Made by a program: the position numbers and the translations under genes
From: a virus
Strand: one strand, 5' to 3'
DNA: 34,434 nucleotides
IMG/VR virus record: IMGVR_UViG_3300020166_000004
Part shown: one piece after another, positions 8,171-13,426 of the stretch
Position numbering within the stretch: position 1 is the stretch's first letter
Layout: each line of letters opens with the position of its first letter
The notes under the pieces: generated by a model
Told to the model about the DNA's origin: nothing
The model's database searches: none
The model's input: the letters and a program-made list of their open reading frames with translations, nothing else

Positions 8171-8236
8171 GAACTTTCTAGTAGAAACCCTAAACTATTT
8201 GTCTTAAGCCGCACCTGTGCGATGCTTGTTGTGTCT

Positions 8237-8273
8237 ACCATTAGCCCACCATTTGACCATTTAGTCAACCATT
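8237..8273 (+). repeat. Four closely spaced ACCATT iteron-like repeats
   Basis: ACCATT occurs at 8237, 8248, 8256 and 8268, inside non-coding DNA. Confidence 0.6.
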
Positions 8274-8322
8274 CACAAAATCTATGGAATTCAAGAAGTT
8301 GATCTACAGAATTACACAATAA

Positions 8323-8406
8323 TTAGTGCCTATTAGTGTACTAAAATGCTTCTTTTTGGTGCACTTTAGTGTTCAAAATGGCCCTTTTTAGTGCCTAAGG
8401 TGGTAC
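8323..8406 (+). repeat. TTAGTG-containing direct repeats
   Basis: TTAGTGCCTATTAGTGTAC (8323-8341) matches TTAGTGCCTAAGGTGGTAC (8388-8406). TTAGTGTACTAAAATG (8333-8348) matches TTAGTGTTCAAAATG (8366-8380). The region also contains GGTGCAC. Confidence 0.55.
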
Positions 8407-8428
8407 TACTAATAATAACCAATGGCTG

Positions 8429-8458
8429 CCCCCCTCCCCCGCCCCTAAAAGCAACCCC
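8429..8458. repeat. C-rich tract with four C-runs (G-runs on the minus strand)
   Basis: CCCCCCTCCCCCGCCCCTAAAAGCAACCCC, a local composition outlier next to an AT-rich stretch. Confidence 0.8.
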
Positions 8459-8470
8459 ATTGGAAACTAT

Positions 8471-8486
8471 TGGCACACTTCTTGCT
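8471..8486 (+). promoter_or_regulatory. Sigma54-type -24/-12 promoter-like element 1
   Basis: TGGCAC-ACTTC-TTGC-T, preceded by T. This matches the RpoN consensus YTGGCACG-N4-TTGCW except G to A at the position after TGGCAC. Confidence 0.55.
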
Positions 8487-8496
8487 TGCCTAAAGT

Positions 8497-8512
8497 TGGC
8501 ACGGATCTTGCA
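8497..8512 (+). promoter_or_regulatory. Sigma54-type -24/-12 promoter-like element 2
   Basis: TTGGCACGGATCTTGCA, a complete match to YTGGCACG-N4-TTGCW. Confidence 0.6.
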
Positions 8513-8523
8513 GGGCCTAGAGT

Positions 8524-8539
8524 TGGCATGATAGTTGCT
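8524..8539 (+). promoter_or_regulatory. Sigma54-type -24/-12 promoter-like element 3
   Basis: TTGGCATGATAGTTGCT. The GG and GC dinucleotides have the correct spacing. Confidence 0.5.
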
Positions 8540-8549
8540 AGGGGTAGCC

Positions 8550-8569
8550 TGTGGATAACCTGTGGATAA
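8550..8569 (+). promoter_or_regulatory. Two tandem DnaA boxes
   Basis: TGTGGATAA-CC-TGTGGATAA. Each 9-mer is the exact reverse complement of the consensus DnaA box TTATCCACA. Confidence 0.6.
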
Positions 8570-8573
8570 CTAT

Positions 8574-8589
8574 TGGCACGCTTATTGCT
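8574..8589 (+). promoter_or_regulatory. Sigma54-type -24/-12 promoter-like element 4
   Basis: TTGGCACGCTTATTGCT, a complete match to YTGGCACG-N4-TTGCW. Confidence 0.6.
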
Positions 8590-8599
8590 TGCCTAAAGT

Positions 8600-8615
8600 T
8601 GGCATGGGTCTTGCA
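8600..8615 (+). promoter_or_regulatory. Sigma54-type -24/-12 promoter-like element 5
   Basis: TTGGCATGGGTCTTGCA. Its -12 element is part of the palindrome CTTGCA-TAACG-TGCAAG (8610-8626). Confidence 0.5.
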
Positions 8616-8646
8616 TAACGTGCAAGAAGCATACCATTGGCAACAT

Positions 8647-8662
8647 TGGCACACTTATTGCT
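8647..8662 (+). promoter_or_regulatory. Sigma54-type -24/-12 promoter-like element 6
   Basis: TTGGCACACTTATTGCT, same orientation as the early genes and about 190 nt upstream of the first ORF. Confidence 0.55.
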
Positions 8663-8790
8663 AGGCGTGTGGGTCTAGTGGGGAGCCTATGGCGGCCCAT
8701 GTCCACCTATCACAGATTGGCAACCATTGGAAGACCTACAGACTACTATTGGTCTTACTTATGATGCGTTATATAGACAACAATCAGTGC

Positions 8791-8818
8791 TTGCATTGTC
8801 TAAACCATTTGATACTAT
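8791..8818 (+). promoter_or_regulatory. Possible sigma70-type early promoter
   Basis: TTGCAT-N16-TACTAT, about 35 nt upstream of the AGGAG SD and the ATG at 8854. Confidence 0.4.
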
Positions 8819-8853
8819 AGGTTCATCAATCAACTATATAGGAGCAACATAAG

Positions 8854-9054
8854 ATGCACATCAGGAACGGGATCAAAAAGGTTAGAGCAGGGCAATATAG
8901 AATTGACCATGATCACGGCTCTTGTTCTGTAGAGCGTGACGACTTCGGGCAATGGCTAGTGCTGGAGGAATGCACCGGCCACATTTACAAAGTCGCCCAG
9001 ACAAAGGCAAGCGCGATTGATTACGTTATTGACCATTGGGGTAGCTTTAAATAA
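8854..9054 (+). CDS. Early hypothetical protein
   Basis: 66 aa, ATG preceded by TATAGGAGCAACATAAG. It is the first plus-strand gene. Confidence 0.5.
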   Translation: MHIRNGIKKVRAGQYRIDHDHGSCSVERDDFGQWLVLEECTGHIYKVAQTKASAIDYVIDHWGSFK

Positions 9055-9124
9055 ACCCACTGATGAGCTTGTGAGATTCAAGCGAAACGCCTATATTGGG
9101 CGTCTGGGTAAACTAAACTTTACA

Positions 9125-9385
9125 ATGGAGCAGTACAACATGAAGACAGACTACAACGGTTGGACGAACCGAGAGACTTGGGTTATCAATCTATGGTTGG
9201 GCGCGTATTTCCAAGACGTAGCCAATGAGGGGCAAAGCTTGATGGCTGACTACATAGAAGAGACAGTGTGGGATATGCTAGAAGAGGCGGAAGTACCCCC
9301 AATGTTTAAAGACTTGATTGATCTAGGCGCTGTCAACTGGCAGGAATTGGCAGAGCATTACGTAACGGATGAGGAGGTAGCATAA
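9125..9385 (+). CDS. Early hypothetical protein (NGWTNRETWVINLW motif)
   Basis: This is the ORF-track frame 9017-9385. I trimmed it to the internal ATG at 9125 because 9017 overlaps the previous gene. An alternative ATG lies at 9140, after GGAG. Confidence 0.45.
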   Translation: MEQYNMKTDYNGWTNRETWVINLWLGAYFQDVANEGQSLMADYIEETVWDMLEEAEVPPMFKDLIDLGAVNWQELAEHYVTDEEVA

Positions 9386-9386
9386 C

Positions 9387-9590
9387 ATGAGAGACACTAG
9401 ACAGCAGGAACTAGCAAAGCACGGTGATTTAATATCGCCCTTCAATGGCAGGGTACTGACTCAAGTTGAGGTGGATGGATACAACCGCTACACCTTAGAC
9501 TTCAATCGGTTTACCTATGAGGCTGACAAGGAGTTTATGCTAGATCAGCGCCATAGGTTTATAGTCAATTGCTTTTATGAGGTAGCATAA
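9387..9590 (+). CDS. Early hypothetical protein
   Basis: 67 aa. The start is coupled to the upstream stop through the junction GAGGTAGCATAACATG. Confidence 0.5.
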   Translation: MRDTRQQELAKHGDLISPFNGRVLTQVEVDGYNRYTLDFNRFTYEADKEFMLDQRHRFIVNCFYEVA

Positions 9591-9591
9591 C

Positions 9592-9906
9592 ATGATCCAC
9601 ACTAACGACAGCCTAAGGGCACAGGACGGCGACTTTGAGAACTACCACTATCAATTAGAAGACGGGGAACAGTACACGCTGACAGACGACGAACTGAGCT
9701 GGCTTGATTTTGTCTCTGGACGCTACAGCATAGCGGACCACATAACCGACAACCTAGACGATGGAGTCTATACTGTAGACCTGTACGGCATGGGTGAGGC
9801 ATTAGAAGCGGACGGGATGTTCCCTAAGGCGGTTTGCTTGTCAGACGATACAGCTTTACAATCAATATTTTTCTATAGCGCAATGGAGGTGGAATATGAG
9901 AACTAG
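9592..9906 (+). CDS. Strongly acidic early protein
   Basis: 104 aa with the same GAGGTAGCATAACATG coupling junction. By hand count it has about two dozen D/E residues against three K/R. Confidence 0.55.
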   Translation: MIHTNDSLRAQDGDFENYHYQLEDGEQYTLTDDELSWLDFVSGRYSIADHITDNLDDGVYTVDLYGMGEALEADGMFPKAVCLSDDTALQSIFFYSAMEVEYEN

Positions 9907-10099
9907 AATAAGCAAGGTGGCTAAACATAACGGTAAACCCGTGGGCTACGTGGTGAAAATAAGAGGCATCAAGTTCCCACGGTCTACTCAAGGCTGGTAT
10001 TTCCCTAAAGACTGTAATCCAGAGACAGCCCTTAGAATGGCTTTAAACGATTATGAAAATTATTTAAAAGATAACATAGGTTTAAAATCCATTAAATAA
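9896..10099 (+). CDS. Small basic early protein
   Basis: 67 aa, overlaps the upstream gene by 11 nt. It is the last gene before the internal sigma70 promoter. Confidence 0.45.
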   Translation: MRTRISKVAKHNGKPVGYVVKIRGIKFPRSTQGWYFPKDCNPETALRMALNDYENYLKDNIGLKSIK

Positions 10100-10102
10100 T
10101 GC

Positions 10103-10131
10103 TTGACAGGTTTTGAGGTAGCTGTTAAAAT
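10103..10131 (+). promoter_or_regulatory. Sigma70-type promoter TTGACA-N17-TAAAAT
   Basis: -35 TTGACA at 10103-10108 and -10 TAAAAT at 10126-10131, with a 17-nt spacer. It lies in a 144-nt gap in front of the replication-gene block. Confidence 0.7.
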
Positions 10132-10139
10132 TTACCTAT

Positions 10140-10203
10140 GGTATCCTAAAGTAGCTTTAAGATATTACTTTAATAGTATATCTTAAAGTTGCCTTAGGTA
10201 TCC
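10140..10203 (+). promoter_or_regulatory. Long leader hairpin or operator palindrome after the 10103 promoter
   Basis: The arm GGTATCCTAAAGTAGCTTTAAGATAT (10140-10165) pairs with ATATCTTAAAGTTGCCTTAGGTATCC (10178-10203). It carries the 17-bp boxes CCTATGGTATCCTAAAG (10135-10151) and CCTTAGGTATCCTTAGG (10192-10208). Confidence 0.55.
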
Positions 10204-10243
10204 TTAGGGGAACTAATAGAAACATAAAATAGGAATAAAAATT

Positions 10244-10342
10244 ATGTCTAAAAATATGCGAGAAACATTTCTAGCCTTCATAGGCACTGGTATCATATTT
10301 GGTTTTGTCTTAGCCTTTGATCTGATAGGAGCTTCGCTATGA
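10244..10342 (+). CDS. Small hydrophobic peptide (32 aa, below the ORF-track cutoff)
   Basis: Hand translation gives MSKNMRETFLAFIGTGIIFGFVLAFDLIGASL, with one predicted TM helix. Its stop overlaps the next ATG as ATGA. Confidence 0.3.
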   Translation: MSKNMRETFLAFIGTGIIFGFVLAFDLIGASL

Positions 10343-10506
10343 CAATCAAAGCAACCCGCGAACAGATCCTACAGGCTTATGGAGTCTTGCATCAGCTGCA
10401 AGATGACCCGTCCACTGGTAAATACTTTAAGGCTACCTTGCGCGAATGTATGGACTTATTGAACAGCTTTCAGCGTGCTAGGTTGTACGAAAATGATAAC
10501 GATTGA
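10339..10506 (+). CDS. Hypothetical protein (55 aa, below the ORF-track cutoff)
   Basis: Hand translation gives MTIKATREQILQAYGVLHQLQDDPSTGKYFKATLRECMDLLNSFQRARLYENDND. Confidence 0.35.
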   Translation: MTIKATREQILQAYGVLHQLQDDPSTGKYFKATLRECMDLLNSFQRARLYENDND

Positions 10507-10681
10507 AGGACGAACCTTCCTACTAACCCAACAAAAAGAAGCCATTGCGTTTCTTGAGGGTATGCTGTACGATTTAGACAGACATGCACTTGTTATTGTC
10601 TCAGGGTACGGTATGCTGTTAGACGATCATTCACAACTAAAGGAGTTTTTAGACAATGAACCATGCGCATTTATTCACTGA
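10493..10681 (+). CDS. Hypothetical protein
   Basis: This is the ORF-track frame 10475-10681. I prefer the ATG at 10493 (MITIEGRTF...) because it minimises overlap. Confidence 0.45.
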   Translation: MITIEGRTFLLTQQKEAIAFLEGMLYDLDRHALVIVSGYGMLLDDHSQLKEFLDNEPCAFIH

Positions 10682-10919
10682 TCGTAAACACGGGCTGTTT
10701 ACTGACCATGATTATTGGACTATGCACGATGGGGATGAGATACGCTTCAACCTTGAAGACTATCAGCCCTATGAGCCTGAGAGCTGTCTGTACGAAGCGT
10801 ATCTGTTTTGCGATGTAACGGTAGGCGGTAAGCCTGTAACCCCTGAGAGCCTCACAGCGGCGCAGAACAGCGCAATGATTGAAGCTTATGAGGAAGAAAA
10901 GAGGAACATGCAAGAATGA
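10656..10919 (+). CDS. Hypothetical acidic protein
   Basis: 87 aa in a tightly packed same-strand gene array. Confidence 0.5.
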   Translation: MNHAHLFTDRKHGLFTDHDYWTMHDGDEIRFNLEDYQPYEPESCLYEAYLFCDVTVGGKPVTPESLTAAQNSAMIEAYEEEKRNMQE

Positions 10920-11266
10920 GTATATATTTAAAAAAAGAAGACGTAGCTAAAAAAATTAATAAAACCCTTGATGAGTTCTTGGAATGGTCGCAATCATTCA
11001 GAACAGATTGGATTATCAACGATGACCTAAAGGATGGGCCGCCCGTTTGTGTCTATACTGACGGGGATCAGGGCGTTATTGTCTTACAATGTTATTCAGA
11101 GATTTTTGAGGAGAATGGCTTGACGATGCGTTTTGTAAAAGACTTATCGTATTGTGACATAGACATTGAAAGCTTCTTTATTATTTTAGAAGAAATGACG
11201 GACGCAAACCAGAAGTGGTTCAATTATGATGAAACTTTAGAACAGGACGAAGAGGTTGCAGCATGA
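10916..11266 (+). CDS. Strongly acidic hypothetical protein
   Basis: 116 aa with an ATGA overlap to the upstream gene. By hand count it has about 27 D/E residues against 10 K/R. Confidence 0.55.
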   Translation: MSIYLKKEDVAKKINKTLDEFLEWSQSFRTDWIINDDLKDGPPVCVYTDGDQGVIVLQCYSEIFEENGLTMRFVKDLSYCDIDIESFFIILEEMTDANQKWFNYDETLEQDEEVAA

Positions 11267-11523
11267 ATATTGAAAAAGAGCATTGTGATTATTATTTAGA
11301 GGTCTATCACTGGGACCATAAGTTAGTTAATGGAGTCGTCACTCAAAAAGAGAAAATTGTCTTGGCCTTTATTGGGCTTTACCGAGACTGGGATCTTGAG
11401 TTTGAGGATCAATTGACAATCTTGACCAATCTTAGAGAAAACTTAATATCGGCGTACTTGAACTGGCCTGACGGCGAAGTCACAGTTTCTTTGGTCATTA
11501 AAGAAGAGGGGGTTAATTTATGA
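11263..11523 (+). CDS. Hypothetical protein
   Basis: 86 aa, overlapping both neighbours by 4 nt. Confidence 0.5.
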   Translation: MNIEKEHCDYYLEVYHWDHKLVNGVVTQKEKIVLAFIGLYRDWDLEFEDQLTILTNLRENLISAYLNWPDGEVTVSLVIKEEGVNL

Positions 11524-11711
11524 TAATCTTTACAAACAAAGAGGCGCGGGTTATCTCTTACTTGAAGATGGGCTACACTGACAAAGAGATAGCAAACTTA
11601 ACCTATAGCTCTGAGCGGACTGCTAAAGCTCACGTTCAGAACATTAGAGAAAAACTAAGCGCACGTAATAGGACTGTGGCGGCTTTAATGCTAAACGGGG
11701 TAAAGGTATGA
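11520..11711 (+). CDS. Standalone LuxR/GerE-type helix-turn-helix protein
   Basis: 63 aa. KEARVISYLKMGYTDKEIANLTYSSERTAKAHVQNIREKLSARNRTVAA matches the GerE/LuxR C-terminal HTH pattern. There is no receiver or ligand domain. Confidence 0.75.
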   Translation: MIIFTNKEARVISYLKMGYTDKEIANLTYSSERTAKAHVQNIREKLSARNRTVAALMLNGVKV

Positions 11712-11887
11712 ACATCTTTAAAAGGCTCTTTGGGTGGGCTGTGAGCGTCTTTAACGACATCTTAGAAGGTAATCTAACGGACACAGAAAAGGACAGTCTG
11801 TTCTGGATCTTTGTCACCCTTTGGGGTCTAGTTATGGTTACTTTTTTTATACTACACGAATCAACAGGGGCGGTATTTGAATTATGA
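11708..11887 (+). CDS. Small membrane protein (59 aa, below the ORF-track cutoff)
   Basis: Hand translation gives MNIFKRLFGWAVSVFNDILEGNLTDTEKDSLFWIFVTLWGLVMVTFFILHESTGAVFEL. It has ATGA overlaps at both ends. Confidence 0.4.
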   Translation: MNIFKRLFGWAVSVFNDILEGNLTDTEKDSLFWIFVTLWGLVMVTFFILHESTGAVFEL

Positions 11888-12531
11888 ACGTAACTCTACT
11901 AAATAGCATGGGGTCAGACATAACAGTAGCCAATGCAGCGAGGGTGTCCTTCGCTATGGAGTCTGAGGAGTTTGGCAGCAGGGACAAGAAACTAATTAGG
12001 TACTTGGCAGCTCATGGGCATTGGACACCGTTCGCACACGTACAGCTTCAATTTAGGATTAAAGCGCCGCTGTTCGTGGCTAGACAACTGCATAAGAGTT
12101 CTATAGGCTTGGCCGTCAATGAAATTTCTAGGCGGTACGTAGACTTTACACCAGAGTTTCACGCACCAGAGGCATGGCGTAAACGTGCGCCAGATAAGAA
12201 ACAAGGTTCACTTAATGAAACATTTGAAGGCAGGGACGAAGAAAGGTTTGATGAGAAATACTGGGACTTGATGACACGCTGTGAGACCATCTACAACAAC
12301 ATGCTGGCCTCTGGGGTAGCCCCTGAGCAAGCCCGTATGGTCTTGCCACAGTCCATGATGACTGAGTGGTACTGGACTGGATCCTTAGCCGCCTTTGGGC
12401 GTGTAGTGTCTCAGAGGATCTCAGAGGACGCACAGTACGAGTGCAGAGTAGTCGCAGAGAAGATTGACCAGATACTTGTAAACCATGAACCGATCAGCTA
12501 TAGTTGGTCTTGTTTAACAGGGAGAGTATAA
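11884..12531 (+). CDS. thyX: Flavin-dependent thymidylate synthase, ThyX-like
   Basis: 215 aa with ANAARVSF, ARQ...NEISRRYV and ARMVLPQS...WTGSLAAFGRVVSQR, matching the ThyX layout. The canonical RHR triad is not conserved here (HKSS). Confidence 0.7.
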   Translation: MNVTLLNSMGSDITVANAARVSFAMESEEFGSRDKKLIRYLAAHGHWTPFAHVQLQFRIKAPLFVARQLHKSSIGLAVNEISRRYVDFTPEFHAPEAWRKRAPDKKQGSLNETFEGRDEERFDEKYWDLMTRCETIYNNMLASGVAPEQARMVLPQSMMTEWYWTGSLAAFGRVVSQRISEDAQYECRVVAEKIDQILVNHEPISYSWSCLTGRV

Positions 12532-12532
12532 A

Positions 12533-12760
12533 ATGAATGATGAATTAGACGTAACAGATCCAATGGATGGTGAGGTAAGCGCGGAGCATCTTAAAAAGAT
12601 GGCTTTAGAGCTGGCTTATGATGAGCTACACTGCCTGAGGTTGTCCGAAGCACACTCAATGCTAAGAGACTTCCTGCAAGAAAAATATGAAACTATGTCC
12701 CCAAGCGCATTGTCCGATATGTACGAAGAACGCTTTTGGTACGTGACAGGGAAGAAATAA
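12533..12760 (+). CDS. Hypothetical acidic protein
   Basis: 75 aa, same-strand packing. Confidence 0.5.
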   Translation: MNDELDVTDPMDGEVSAEHLKKMALELAYDELHCLRLSEAHSMLRDFLQEKYETMSPSALSDMYEERFWYVTGKK

Positions 12761-12762
12761 CC

Positions 12763-13017
12763 ATGAGCAGATGCAGAGCCTGTAATAACGTCATGACGGA
12801 AACTGAAATGAAACGAAAGGATTCCAGTAGCGGAGACTATACGGACTTGTGCAGCTCTTGTTTGGTGGCGTCCGTTGAAGCATTGCTTGAGATGGACGGA
12901 TTGGTAACGGACATTGACACAATACAATTACTTGACGAAAGGGAGGTTGACTATATAGCGGAAGATGATATGATGTTTTATGTCCATAAGGACAATGACT
13001 TTGAAGATAACTACTAA
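12763..13017 (+). CDS. Zinc-ribbon protein
   Basis: This is the ORF-track frame 12736-13017. I prefer the ATG at 12763 (MSRCRACNNV...DLCSSCL, two CxxC pairs), just after the upstream stop. Confidence 0.5.
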   Translation: MSRCRACNNVMTETEMKRKDSSSGDYTDLCSSCLVASVEALLEMDGLVTDIDTIQLLDEREVDYIAEDDMMFYVHKDNDFEDNY

Positions 13018-13029
13018 TGGAGTTTGTGT

Positions 13030-13413
13030 ATGAATAATAAGTACATTGCTGAAGGTACAGTGGCCTTTCAATCACTGCGGGAGCATGACAGCTGGCAGGG
13101 ACAGTCTACGGGCAAGTACACCTTGACCTTAGGCTTGCCAGAGGACGTTGCTGAAGCGTTACAGAGTAACGGTGTTAAGCTGAAGGACTACGAAGGTACG
13201 GCACAACGTAAGTTTGTCAGCCAGTACAACGTACCAATCCTTAACGAAGACGGTTCGGAATTTGAAGGTGACGTTACCAGAGGATCCCATGTGCGCATTG
13301 TGTACAGCTTTGGCAAGCCTCACCCCGTACACGGTACGTCAACATACCTTGACCGAGTAAAGGTCTTAAAACTAGCGGATTTTGAGGGTGGTTCAACCCC
13401 CGACGAATTCTAA
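13030..13413 (+). CDS. Single-stranded DNA-binding protein, T7 gp2.5-like (candidate)
   Basis: About 127 aa, with the ATG at 13030 lying 7 nt after GGAG. It sits directly upstream of the primase-helicase and has an acidic C-terminal tail ending in Phe (GGSTPDEF). Confidence 0.55.
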   Translation: MNNKYIAEGTVAFQSLREHDSWQGQSTGKYTLTLGLPEDVAEALQSNGVKLKDYEGTAQRKFVSQYNVPILNEDGSEFEGDVTRGSHVRIVYSFGKPHPVHGTSTYLDRVKVLKLADFEGGSTPDEF

Positions 13414-13426
13414 GGAGTATCTTCTC

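Noticed and set aside
8467-8662. The repeated TGGCAC...TTGC units considered as a possible CRISPR array
   Set aside because: The conserved units are only about 16 nt with irregular spacing of 10-42 nt. Part of the region is a simple 103-bp duplication, and there are no cas genes.
9373-9593. Repeated 16-nt junction GAGGTAGCATAACATG at two consecutive gene boundaries (about 9373-9389 and 9577-9593)
   Set aside because: The repeat is real, but it is explained simply as a reused SD-stop-start translational coupling cassette, which also produces the shared ...EVA C-termini. It is not a separate element.
12616-13075. Antisense ORFs at 12616-12927 and 12791-13075. Similar antisense ORFs occur at 19375-19919, 20139-20447, 28124-28496, 30062-30409 and 15432-15734.
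   Set aside because: They lie opposite well-supported genes in tightly packed unidirectional blocks. They have odd compositions (C/S/R/L-rich) and lack ribosome-binding sites.
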